From positions 1 through 64,000 of IMG/VR virus record IMGVR_UViG_2724679352_000002: a DNA stretch of 64,000 bases. The stretch is one strand, 5' to 3'. Below the pieces are notes generated by a model. The model searched no databases. It saw only the letters and a list, made by a program, of their open reading frames with translations, and was not told the origin of the DNA. Positions 49,233 through 58,576 of this stretch are shown piece after piece; the first letter of the stretch is position 1, and every line of letters starts with the position of its first letter. A program made the position numbers and the translations under genes. This DNA is from an uncultured virus (IMG/VR IMGVR_UViG_2724679352_000002) (taxonomy: Duplodnaviria; Heunggongvirae; Uroviricota; Caudoviricetes).

Positions 49233-49406
49233 TTAATGGCAAATTTGTGCCAGTTCTTCTTCTCTCAGACCTGTCAGCTTCATGACTTCAGTGCGGTCAT
49301 AACCATTAGCGAGCATCGAGCTGGCAATCTTCAGGGCCATTTCTTGTACCCCTTCCACTCGGCCTGCTTGATGGGCTTTATATTCCAATTTCTGTGCAAT
49401 CGTCAT
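49233..49406 (-). CDS. Internal small Rpn (RpnS) antitoxin, 57 aa
   Basis: GAGGAGG RBS before in-frame MTIAQ. Confidence 0.7.
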   Translation of the reverse strand: MTIAQKLEYKAHQAGRVEGVQEMALKIASSMLANGYDRTEVMKLTGLREEELAQICH

Positions 49407-50129
49407 AAGTTCCTCCTCGTGCTGTGGCAGGTGGTGGGCCAGATCGCGGATAAACCTTTCCGGCTCAGCCGTGTCACCATTTTGTAGTATGTAATGTATC
49501 ACAGAGATTAGCTGATCTTTACTAGTGTAACCGTTCGATAACAACCTGACCAGTTCATCCGATAATTCGGACAGGTCACGTTGACGAATGTGTTTCTGCA
49601 ACAGCTCCAGTAAGGCGACACGCTTATGTGTCATGATTTCGTCATCGGGGATAACGGTCACATCAATCAACGGAAAGTTGCCGCCATACAGTTCCCCCGC
49701 AAGCGTGGGTGCACTGAATGCTTGTAACCAGCTCATGGGATACGGGTACGGCGTGACCATCCCATGATAGAACAACATGGGAATGACCAGAGGCAGTTTG
49801 TCGTGTCCGGCATCAAGATGGCTCTGCATAGCGGCGATGGCATAGCGCATCAGGCGAAAAGCCATATGCTTGTCGGGAGAACTTTGATGCTCGATCAGCG
49901 CGTAAACATAGCCATCCTGTCCCTGCATTTTTAGTGAGTAGAGTACGTCCGAGTAGTAGGCTCGCAGGTCATTTTCAATAAAGCTGCCCGACTCCAGCCG
50001 CAGTGTTTTCAGGTCACAGATTTTCCGCAGGGCGGGTGGTAAGTGAATATCCAGCAGATCATAAGCCGTTTCGGGTTTGGTGACGAAATTTTTAAAAAGT
50101 GCATCATGGGGTGTAGGGGTCGTTTTCAT
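49233..50129 (-). CDS. rpn: Rpn/YhgA-like nuclease
   Basis: TPHDALFK, YSDVLYS, LIEHQS, MAFRLMRY, LELLQKHIRQRDL. Confidence 0.95.
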   Translation of the reverse strand: MKTTPTPHDALFKNFVTKPETAYDLLDIHLPPALRKICDLKTLRLESGSFIENDLRAYYSDVLYSLKMQGQDGYVYALIEHQSSPDKHMAFRLMRYAIAAMQSHLDAGHDKLPLVIPMLFYHGMVTPYPYPMSWLQAFSAPTLAGELYGGNFPLIDVTVIPDDEIMTHKRVALLELLQKHIRQRDLSELSDELVRLLSNGYTSKDQLISVIHYILQNGDTAEPERFIRDLAHHLPQHEEELMTIAQKLEYKAHQAGRVEGVQEMALKIASSMLANGYDRTEVMKLTGLREEELAQICH

Positions 50130-50333
50130 CGGGCGATAATAGTCATGGGGATCAGTGTGAGCAATCACTCCGTACCACTTTAGGACAAACATTTTTTCTA
50201 TTTAAAATAATGAGTTATCGATATAAATAAGAGAGAAAAAACAATCACAGTGCGGAATAAATAAGGTGCAAAAAATAGTAGAAACAAGGCGACGTCTAAC
50301 ACAACATCGCCCGTTAGAATGGGGGTTAACGCG

Positions 50334-50497
50334 TTATTGCGTCAGGTCTTCATCACGTAGGCCAGTGACTTTCTTTACCAGAGTGCGATCAACACCTTCT
50401 GCCAATAGAGAGTGGGCGATTTTCAGTATCGTCTCCCGCTGACTTTCCTGATAGCTTTCAGATAGCCTTCTAGTTCAAGTGATTCTGCAATTGTCAT
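50334..50497 (-). pseudogene. Orphan RpnS-like C-terminal fragment, frameshifted
   Basis: MTIAESLELEG...KIAHSLLAEGVDRTLVKKVTGLRDEDL; 164 bp. Confidence 0.75.
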
Positions 50498-50591
50498 CAG
50501 TGCTTCCTTGTACTACGCCGAGTTGCTATTAGTCTTTCTCAGTTGACGGTGTTGATACTCACCATCTTGAGATTTTCATCGCTATAGGTGC

Positions 50592-50662
50592 TGAACTGGG
50601 CGGGGTTGACAGACCGGTCATCGAAGAACCCGGCGCATCTTGCGATGCCCCCGCCCAGCTCA
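50592..50662 (-). ncRNA. c4-like antisense RNA, copy 2
   Basis: Same scaffold as 48825-48900 with different loops. Confidence 0.65.
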
Positions 50663-50910
50663 CCATTTCTTGCTTATTACCATGTAACCGTATCTATATC
50701 ATGCGCTTTGGTCTATGCCGGACCGCCAAATCCGGTAAAGGACTTTACCGCAGCGGTGCTGACTATAACCCGATGAGATTCTGCTGAGCAATTAGCCAGT
50801 ATCATTTTAGGACAAACATTTTTATCCGTTAAAATAATGAGTTACAGGTGTAGTTAAAGGAGTTTTATACCGCTTCCGCTAAAGATAATAGTAGCGGAAG
50901 CCGGTGAAAT

Positions 50911-51231
50911 TTATTGCCTGGTCAACTCGTTGTTTGTGAGCTTGGCGTTTGCTGATGCTTGCAATTGAGTGAGGGCAGGTACCAGGATACTGATTGATGC
51001 CAGACAATGGCCTAACTGGCACAAACTTTCTACTGAGAAATCCAACACATCGTTATCGGCGAAGGTAACAAAAGTATCCCCGATAAAATTCAGCCCATGC
51101 AGCAGTCCGGCGTAACATTCCTCGCTACTGTTTGCCAGTTCCAGTGTGTCATCAGCACTCAGGTGTGACATATCCAGCTTACCGAACACCTCAGTCAATG
51201 TGGGATAAAGTCTATTGGTATCAGGCAACAT
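50911..51231 (-). CDS. Hypothetical protein coupled to Icd-like gene
   Basis: AGGAG RBS; overlaps upstream stop. Confidence 0.7.
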   Translation of the reverse strand: MLPDTNRLYPTLTEVFGKLDMSHLSADDTLELANSSEECYAGLLHGLNFIGDTFVTFADNDVLDFSVESLCQLGHCLASISILVPALTQLQASANAKLTNNELTRQ

Positions 51232-51427
51232 GGCGCTTCTCCTGTGGTTTGCAAGAAACAAACACCAGCGAGAAACCGGCCAGCAGATTGCGGGCCTCAC
51301 GCTCAGTGGGAGCCAAAACAGAAATCAGGCGCAACGGAGAAATTTCAGCCAATAATGTGTTAGAACGGGCGTTAAGGAAGGTGTAGAGCTTTGAATATGC
51401 ACGTATGTTACTATTAGCGTCAGCCAT
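51221..51427 (-). CDS. Host cell division inhibitor Icd-like protein
   Basis: YTFL...SVLAPTEREARNLLAGFSLVF pattern; GAGG RBS. Confidence 0.7.
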   Translation of the reverse strand: MADANSNIRAYSKLYTFLNARSNTLLAEISPLRLISVLAPTEREARNLLAGFSLVFVSCKPQEKRHVA

Positions 51428-51561
51428 AGCATTACCTCGTATAATGGTGTGGTTAGATGTCCTGTGAGTGTTCACGCACCCACGGGGCATTGTCTTTACT
51501 GAGTGCTGTACATTGGTGTACATTTAAAACCAGTTAAAGAAATATACCCGAGTGATAACCA

Positions 51562-51741
51562 ATGTCAACCAAAGACAACCAAAAAGAAAGGAATGTTGTT
51601 CAACTTCGGTTGGATGCTGATTTGTCCGAAAGACTGACTATCGCTATGAAAGAAGATGGCGATGATAACAAAGCAGGATGGATTAAACGGTTACTACGCC
51701 GAGAGTTAGATCGTCGCGGCATTGAGCTTAAAGGTGAGTAG
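51562..51741 (+). CDS. 59-aa RHH/CopG-like regulator (not in ORF track)
   Basis: VVQLRLDADLSERL...AGWIKRLLRRELDRRGI; palindrome TGTACATTGGTGTACA upstream. Confidence 0.7.
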   Translation: MSTKDNQKERNVVQLRLDADLSERLTIAMKEDGDDNKAGWIKRLLRRELDRRGIELKGE

Positions 51742-51797
51742 CATCATAAAAACAGACGGGTTTACTGATTAGAGTTGGCCTTGTGCACTTTTTAAGT

Positions 51798-51833
51798 AAG
51801 TCGAACAGTCCGAAAACGTGGACTGTTCGACTT
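51798..51833. terminator. 14-bp stem hairpin between convergent genes
   Basis: AAGTCGAACAGTCC...GGACTGTTCGACTT. Confidence 0.7.
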
Positions 51834-51835
51834 TG

Positions 51836-52132
51836 TTAAGTAGTCGTGCTCACCTGACGCTGAACCGAGCGAACGATAGAGAAAAAATTACGCACCGTTG
51901 GGTTACTGCCAGGAGCCAGCATTTGCATGACTGATTTGCTGTTTTTCCCAATATCTTCACCTACGGTAACAAACCCGCCAGTAGCGAGTATCAGCCAGCG
52001 TAAAATCACTGCTGCGGAATCAAATTCACCCTCAGCAATAAGTTCTTTTGCCTCATCAAACATCGCCTGACGATAATCAGGATCTTCGCGCATCTCTTGC
52101 ACGATCCGTTGGTTAACAGAAACTGCCGGCAT
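51836..52132 (-). CDS. HTH antitoxin (HigA-like)
   Basis: GGF...KSVMQML.PGSNPT..NFF; downstream of toxin. Confidence 0.8.
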   Translation of the reverse strand: MPAVSVNQRIVQEMREDPDYRQAMFDEAKELIAEGEFDSAAVILRWLILATGGFVTVGEDIGKNSKSVMQMLAPGSNPTVRNFFSIVRSVQRQVSTTT

Positions 52133-52134
52133 AA

Positions 52135-52473
52135 TTATTTACCTCTCTTTTCTTTCAGATAACACTTACGATATTTTTCAGCATTATCAAGATCTTTGTC
52201 CTGAGCCGATTTATCTCCAGCACATAACAAGATGATTAGCTCATCACCATCCTGCATCAAATACAGTCTAATACCCGGCCCCCAATTAATGCGGTATTCA
52301 CCGATACCGGGACGACCACTGAGCCATTTTACAGATGACGTATTCCCTACCATTAAACGAGCAATTGCTGAGTCGATTTTCACTCTCGCTTGAGGGTTTT
52401 TTTTACGCCATTTATCCAGAGGGCTGATACCTTCAGGCGTCTGGTATTCTTTGATGGTGATTTCAAGTCTCAT
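52135..52473 (-). CDS. RelE/ParE-family toxin (HigB-like)
   Basis: GN...VK...EYRINWGPG.RLY...LLCAGDKS.Q..D. Confidence 0.85.
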   Translation of the reverse strand: MRLEITIKEYQTPEGISPLDKWRKKNPQARVKIDSAIARLMVGNTSSVKWLSGRPGIGEYRINWGPGIRLYLMQDGDELIILLCAGDKSAQDKDLDNAEKYRKCYLKEKRGK

Positions 52474-52722
52474 GGATGAATGGTAATTTATATATTACCA
52501 TTTAACAAGGTGCAGGGTAGGAAAAATAAGACTAAAAAGCAATTTTAAGTGTTACGGTGATGCTTCCCTTGCGACGTGGATAAAAAGGATATTGCGTAAA
52601 GAGTTACGCGAAAGAGGCATTGAACCTAAAGGTTAGGTGAGTATATACAATGTATAACTTTTGATTGTTCTCTTTGGTACTTGAGGTTATACTTTGTATA
52701 ATTTCTTGCGGGGGATAATACT

Positions 52723-52974
52723 ATGACTATAGCAATCAAAAAGTGGGGCAACAGTAGTGGCGTTGTCTTGCCCTCATTATTGTTGAAAAAACTAGGTGTG
52801 ACCAACGGGCAACATCTTGATGCAGAAATAAAGAATGGCTCATTGATTCTGACCCCAACACAACGCCGTTACACGCTTGAAGAGTTAGTCGCGCAATGTG
52901 ATAAAAATGCGCCAATGACGGCAGAAGAGGATGTTTGGGGTAACGACGCACCGACAGGGAATGAAATATGGTGA
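52723..52974 (+). CDS. AbrB/MazE-family antitoxin
   Basis: IKKWGNS.GV.LP...RYTLEELVAQC...GNEIW. Confidence 0.9.
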   Translation: MTIAIKKWGNSSGVVLPSLLLKKLGVTNGQHLDAEIKNGSLILTPTQRRYTLEELVAQCDKNAPMTAEEDVWGNDAPTGNEIW

Positions 52975-53324
52975 AGCGTAAGCAGGGATGGAATCGCGGC
53001 GATATCGTTTTAGTAGACTTTAACCCGGCAATGGGGAGTGAGCAGCGAGATGCTCGTCCAGCGCTGGTATTGACAAAAAAACTGTTTAACAATCTCGGCA
53101 TGGCCCTTGTTGCCCCAATAACTCAGGGCGGTAACTATGTGCGCCATGCTGGTTTTACCGTGTCGCTGTCGGGTACAGGATGTACAACACAAGGCGTCGT
53201 TTTACTCAATCAAGTCCGAATGCTCGATCTTATGGCACGAAATGCCCGCTTTGTGGAGCAACTTGATGAAGTCGCCGTAAATGACGCTCTGCTGAAATTT
53301 GCGACTCTCGTCGAAATTGACTAG
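52968..53324 (+). CDS. MazF/PemK (ChpB-like) toxin
   Basis: RGDIV.VDFNP..GSEQ...RPALVL...PITQGG. Confidence 0.9.
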   Translation: MVKRKQGWNRGDIVLVDFNPAMGSEQRDARPALVLTKKLFNNLGMALVAPITQGGNYVRHAGFTVSLSGTGCTTQGVVLLNQVRMLDLMARNARFVEQLDEVAVNDALLKFATLVEID

Positions 53325-54099
53325 CCAAGAAATATTGGTAGGGGTTTTATACCAATCAATTACGCTCGTATTGAGGTTGCTCTGCACGTTCTCTTAAAAA
53401 ATCATCTGAAACGTGCGGGCTACTGAGGAAAAAACTATCCCATGCATTTTTAACAGGTAACAAAATACGCTCATTTTTTACAACTTTTGGTTTAATGTTT
53501 TCTTTAAAATACATATCTACCTTATATGACATATTTTATAAGCTAATAAATAGAATCTAAGAGAAATATTTGATAGAAATTGTGAAATTTTTATTGATTC
53601 ATTTTAGCTATTTAAGTCTCTCTAAAAAAGACATCTGCAATCCATTAAGTCATGCTAGTTTGGTTTTTCGACCCATTGTCTAACAGGATTAGACAACGGG
53701 CGATATTTTCAAACGATAGAGAGTCATCTTTTGTAGCCCCGTAGACACAATAATTCAGTTTATGGCGATAACTGTAGCCCTTGGGATACAAGAAATTAAA
53801 AAATCATCGTCAATAAAGCGACTGATTCAGTAGACAATACACTGACAAATATCCCGCCAACTGTAACCACGGGCATCATCCCGAACAATGCCTCAACCTC
53901 ACTTTAAGACAAATATTTTCCAAGTTAAAATAACGAGTTACAGGATAGGTTACTGCAATCTCCCAAGGTTTTTGATGAGAATTCGAGTATTTTGTTGATT
54001 GAATTTACCCTCCAACTCTCTATTCAGTTATTAAGCTTTATTTGATTTTGTAGCTCAGTTGAGCCACAATGTGGTCTCCAACTAAAAGGAGGCTTTACT

Positions 54100-54360
54100 A
54101 TGGCCGCAAATGCTTTTGTTCGTGCTCGTATAGACGAAACCCTAAAAAATGAAGCCGCTGCTGTGCTTGCTGGCATGGGTTTAACCGTATCCGATCTGGT
54201 GCGGATAACCTTAACCAAGGTCGCCCGAGAAAAAGCGCTTCCGTTCGATTTGAGTATTCCTAACGAACTTACCGCTAAAACTATTGCCAACAGCGAGAAA
54301 GGTGTCGATGTCCATAAAGCAAAGGATGCCGATGATCTGTTTGATAAATTAGGTATCTGA
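54100..54360 (+). CDS. dinJ: DinJ antitoxin
   Basis: MAANAFVRARIDE.LK..AA.VLAGMGLT.SDLVRITLTKVAREKALPFDL. Confidence 0.95.
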   Translation: MAANAFVRARIDETLKNEAAAVLAGMGLTVSDLVRITLTKVAREKALPFDLSIPNELTAKTIANSEKGVDVHKAKDADDLFDKLGI

Positions 54361-54366
54361 TAGACC

Positions 54367-54645
54367 ATGATTAAACAAAGGGAAATTGAATATTCAGGTC
54401 AGTTCCAGAAAGATGTGAAAAAAGCTCAGAAGCGCCATAAAGATATAAATAAACTTAAAGTCATTATGACGCTTCTGATTAACGATAAATTGCCCTTGCC
54501 TGTTGTATATAAGGATCATCAATTACAAGGTAATTACAAAGGTTACAGGGATGCACATATAGAGCCAGACTGGCTTATCATCTACAAGATTACTGATGAT
54601 TTGCTTCGCTTCGAAAGGACAGGAAGCCATTCTGATCTATTTTAG
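54367..54645 (+). CDS. yafQ: YafQ toxin
   Basis: IEYSGQF.KDVK.AQKRHKD...YKDH.LQG...RDAH.EPDW...RTG.H. Confidence 0.95.
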   Translation: MIKQREIEYSGQFQKDVKKAQKRHKDINKLKVIMTLLINDKLPLPVVYKDHQLQGNYKGYRDAHIEPDWLIIYKITDDLLRFERTGSHSDLF

Positions 54646-54687
54646 GTATCACTCAGCCTCATTTTAAGACAAACATAAAATAAGCTG

Positions 54688-55105
54688 TCATTGCGGCAAC
54701 TCCGGCCAGTCAATCTCTGGCGCAGCGCTGGTGTTGATGCGCATTAACGCGACGCGGTACTGTTTGAATGCCGCCAATTGCTGAATATCAGTCTGTTGAT
54801 TATCCATTGCGATAGCGTCGAGTAGGATGTTGATGTGATCTGATACCTGATTTATCAGCGCGGTTTTCTGTTGGCTTGCGGCGGCAATATGGCGGGCTTT
54901 TAATGCCTGTTGATCGACTTCCCAGGCGGTTCCTGTCCATATATCAAACTCATGCATTGGCTGAATCAGTGTTTTATTGTGTGGAATGGGGCGAGCACAA
55001 AAATGATGGATTCATGTTTTGTTTCAATGTCATACACCGTTTGATGGCGATAGTCTGCCACTGTTACCCACTGGTTAGCAGTTAAATCCCTGACCAATGC
55101 CATGC
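54688..55105 (-). pseudogene. Tail fibre assembly (gpG/tfa) remnant
   Basis: WVTVADYRHQTVY in H frame; C-terminal YRVALMRINTSAAPEIDWP in another frame. Confidence 0.75.
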
Positions 55106-55820
55106 CGGTTTTTGTCAGCGCATTGATCCCCGCCGAGGCAATAATGCAGGGGCCACCCCAGCCAAATGCCCCGACCTGCATGAGTTCATCTTGAGCATTA
55201 CCCACATTTCTGGTGGCCGCAGAGCCTAATTGCAAGTTAGTCCGCGCCGCTTTGGTATCGCTAAGATCAAATAAATTGTGGCTGGCGAGGAGATATTGCG
55301 GGTGTGGATTAAGGGTGCGGATATGGTTGCTGATTGAGGTTACAGTGGTGCTGATGAGTTGGTCGGCATATTGGCGTGTTGCCAGCACCACTGCTGGGTC
55401 GGTTTTCAGGATAACGGCTGCTGTGCTGCTGACGGCCAAAATGACTCGAATAGTCTGGATGCGGCCACTGCCTTCCTGCATTTGTGGCTTATAACTTTCC
55501 GGGCAATTGGCGATGGCAATTAACTCTCCGGCTTTATTCAGCAAACCAATCTCCCGGATCCACCACCCGCCCTCGGTCTCAGGGATAATTTGCTCCACAA
55601 TAATCTGATGGGGATTGCTCGGGTCAATGGTCAGGGCATTAAGGGCGGCGCGGCGTTGTTCATTCACCAGTTGGGTTTGTGCCGGGCTAGGGGTTGGCAG
55701 GGTTCCACCGCCATCCCCGACCGCCATGTGGGTAATCTCTAAGCGGGTGCCGAGCGCAGTGGCGTTCGCCAGTTTGGCCGCGCCGATATGGGTCAGTAAG
55801 GCGAAGTATTTAGCGGTCAT
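54966..55820 (-). pseudogene. H: Truncated P2 gpH tail fibre fused to tfa sequence
   Basis: gpH N-terminus (MAVGDGGG, GGWWIREIG) without receptor-binding C-terminus. Confidence 0.8.
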
Positions 55821-56299
55821 ATTGAGTCCATTCGATAGGGGTACACGGTCAACTCATCACCGCTGTAACTGGTGGCAGCCACAGTCAGCGGGCCGCTACT
55901 TTCCAGATTAATCGATAGGCCGATCAAATGGCGACTACAGGGTTTGGCATCAAAAATCAGCCGCTCCAGCTCGGGGTACATTTCCTCGGTAATGCCTGTT
56001 TCCAACACCCACATCAAGGCGAAAGGTGCCGGGGGTTTCGTTGGTCTTCCACCACTCAATCACCTTAATGAGATAGCCGAGCGGCTCAACCACGCGACGA
56101 ATTGCGCCGATGGTGCCTTTGTGTTTGTGCACGTACTGCGAGGACTTCACCACCGCGCGCTTGGCGGCTTCCGGCCATTTCTCATCCCAGCGGTCCACAG
56201 CTGGCGTAATGGCACGTCAATGTCAGCCATGCGGGCGCAGGCTTGTGCGGCGGCAATTTCCAACGGGGTAGAGCCAACCGGCAATAGTCGTTTATTCAT
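55817..56299 (-). pseudogene. I: P2 gpI with internal deletion and frameshift
   Basis: MNKRLLPVG...LRQLW / DRWDEKW...HKHKGT / LETGITEEMY split across frames. Confidence 0.85.
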
Positions 56300-57200
56300 C
56301 TGAGCCACCCGCCGTTAATGTATAGCCAGCGCACCAGGCGGCTTGTGTTTTATTGAGTACCACATCAGCAACCGGCGCAGTCAGCTCTACCCGCTGCACA
56401 CCCTCGACATGCAGTGCGGCATAAATAGCAGATTTGCGAATATCCCGCCCTAAGCGGCGCTGAGTGCTGATATAGCTTTTTAGCCTGGCTTCGGCTGCGG
56501 CTCGAATCGGCTCGGCTTCCGGCCCCGGATAAAAATAGAGCGTGGCGTCAATCTGATACTCAACGATGGTGGCAGAATTGACGGTTAAGCGGTCAGCTAC
56601 CGGGCGCACGTTCTCATCGTTTAGCGCTATAAATACCTTATCTAATAAATACTGTGCCGCTGTACCATTTCCCTCGCGAGATAGCACGGTGACGGTAACG
56701 CACGCGGGGGAGGGGCTGATTGCGGAAGCATCGGCCACCCGACCATCCGCACTGCGGGCGTGATACTCGTAAGCACCCGTTGGCCCGGCCACGCTCAAAC
56801 CCTCAAAGGCTTGCGGAATACGCATACGGAAATCGTCGTCAGATTCCATCACTGCGGTAATAGGTGGGATTGTGTCTGGATTGGCTGGCGTGATGGTTAA
56901 CCGCTCAATACCATTATTTGCGCCGAGGTGATCTAAGTCGCTGCCAATAGCATGGGCTACCATCACCGCTTGCGCTCCCTCATTGACACGCTGACGCAAC
57001 AGCAATTCACGGTAGGTACTTTCCTGCAACAGCTTCACGATGGGTTCCGACTCAAATGACAACGTTAGGCGCACCGCGTCTTGTTGATCAGCCGGATATA
57101 AGGCGATAAATTCCTCTTTGCGCACGGCAAACAGGCTTTCAAAATCCAGTGATTCAATCACCAGCGGGGCCGGTAACTGGCTTAAATCAATGATTGCCAT
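56292..57200 (-). CDS. J: P2 gpJ baseplate
   Basis: IDLSQLPAP...FEGLSVAGPTGAYEYHA. Confidence 0.95.
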   Translation of the reverse strand: MAIIDLSQLPAPLVIESLDFESLFAVRKEEFIALYPADQQDAVRLTLSFESEPIVKLLQESTYRELLLRQRVNEGAQAVMVAHAIGSDLDHLGANNGIERLTITPANPDTIPPITAVMESDDDFRMRIPQAFEGLSVAGPTGAYEYHARSADGRVADASAISPSPACVTVTVLSREGNGTAAQYLLDKVFIALNDENVRPVADRLTVNSATIVEYQIDATLYFYPGPEAEPIRAAAEARLKSYISTQRRLGRDIRKSAIYAALHVEGVQRVELTAPVADVVLNKTQAAWCAGYTLTAGGSDE

Positions 57201-57556
57201 TATTGACTTCCTATTGGCACGGCCAAACTCAACCGACTGTCACTATCGGTGCGACTTCCGGTTAAATCCACCATCATCTTGCCGTCTTTTTGAGTGGTGA
57301 TACTGATGGCATTCAGCGTCACGCGCGGCTCCCAGCGCATCACTGCGCCATACACCGCCACCATCATTTTGAGACGTAAGGCGGGATTTTGTGGCTGGTC
57401 AATCAGGGTTGATAGCAAGGAGCCATAATCACGGCGCATCACTCGCGAGCCTTGCGGCGTGGTCAGAATGTCGCTGATTGACTGGCGAATGTGGTCAATA
57501 TCTCCGATGTTTAAACCGCTGTTGCGGTTCATACCGATATATTTATAGCTGGTCAT
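57200..57556 (-). CDS. W: P2 gpW baseplate wedge
   Basis: HIRQSI.DIL.TP.GSRVMRRDYGS...WEPR. Confidence 0.95.
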   Translation of the reverse strand: MTSYKYIGMNRNSGLNIGDIDHIRQSISDILTTPQGSRVMRRDYGSLLSTLIDQPQNPALRLKMMVAVYGAVMRWEPRVTLNAISITTQKDGKMMVDLTGSRTDSDSRLSLAVPIGSQ

Positions 57557-58188
57557 TTAACCCCCTCAGTCCAGCTTCCGCCGCGCTGCACGCCGCCGTG
57601 GTCATGCTTATCAACCACCACGCCATTAGATGAAAGTTTCCCGCCGGAATGCGTGACATTACCGCTCATAGTGCCACCTTGCTTCACGTTCAGCGTGGCG
57701 GTGGTCAGGTTGTGGGTGCATTCCACTTCTGGCGTATCCAGTGTGATTTTGACTGATGCGGTACAGGTGATATTGGGGGCGGTGACAGTGACTGACTTGC
57801 TGGCATCAATCACTGCGGTGGCTATTCCGGTGACAGCCAGGTGACTGGTTTCCGGCTCATACTCAAAACGCGCACCATCGGGAAAAGTGATCACCATGGC
57901 ATCCGCCGATTGTGACGGCGCGGAATTGGCATCTGAAAAAATGGCGGGCAGCACAAAACCGGTAGTGAGTTCACCGCCGATACTCAACACCATAACTTGT
58001 TCACCCACTGATGGCGCAGACCAAAAGCGCACTCGACCGGCGCGTAGGGTTAACCAATTTAGCCAATCGGTTTCAAGGTTGCCTATCTTGACCCGGCATA
58101 ATCCGTTAGCAAGATCGACGTCTGAGACGATGCCAATACGGATAATGTTAGCCAACAGGCGTTTAAGGCCAGCAATAAGGATATTCAT
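57553..58188 (-). CDS. V: P2 gpV tail spike
   Basis: IRIG.V...WL.W...RAG...APSVGEQV; C-terminal HDHGGV. Confidence 0.95.
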   Translation of the reverse strand: MNILIAGLKRLLANIIRIGIVSDVDLANGLCRVKIGNLETDWLNWLTLRAGRVRFWSAPSVGEQVMVLSIGGELTTGFVLPAIFSDANSAPSQSADAMVITFPDGARFEYEPETSHLAVTGIATAVIDASKSVTVTAPNITCTASVKITLDTPEVECTHNLTTATLNVKQGGTMSGNVTHSGGKLSSNGVVVDKHDHGGVQRGGSWTEGVK

Positions 58189-58234
58189 GCGGCCAGTGTG
58201 CCGCCTACGGGCGCGCGCGGCATGTGATGGGTTT

Positions 58235-58252
58235 TGTGTGAGGGATGGCACA
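58235..58252 (-). promoter_or_regulatory. Ogr-binding site of late promoter pV
   Basis: TGTGTGAGGGATGGCACA. Confidence 0.85.
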
Positions 58253-58576
58253 AGAGGTTCCCCAGAGATTCAAATTAGATTTTCACATATAGCATTTAAT
58301 TAAATGAAAGCAATAAATTAAATAAAGCAAACAAGAGAAGTCAGGTTATTAAATAATACACTATTAATTAATATTGTATTATTTAAATATTGAATAGATT
58401 ATTAAATAAATTATCATTACAGTAATTATATTTTTTAGTTAATGATTAACAATCAATCTGAAATATATGTGATGTATATTTTAATAACTATTATACTAAT
58501 CTAGCTGGTTATTTTTAATGCCTGATATTTTCCGTTTCTCACGTAGAGTTACCACAATAATTTATTTGGAGTTCGT

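Larger units (their letters stand above)
49044..54675. repeat. Five dispersed direct repeats, core CAYTTTARGACAAAYAT (49059, 50176, 50803, 53900, 54660)
   Basis: Core followed by TTT...AAAATARNNAGTTA in copies 1-4. Confidence 0.9.

Noticed and set aside
53963..53976. CCAAGGTTTTTGAT, resembling the right half of a hix invertase site
   Set aside because: Left half poor, no partner site or invertase seen
49044..54675. CRISPR interpretation of the five repeats
   Set aside because: Spacing is 0.6-3.1 kb and contains genes; no cas genes
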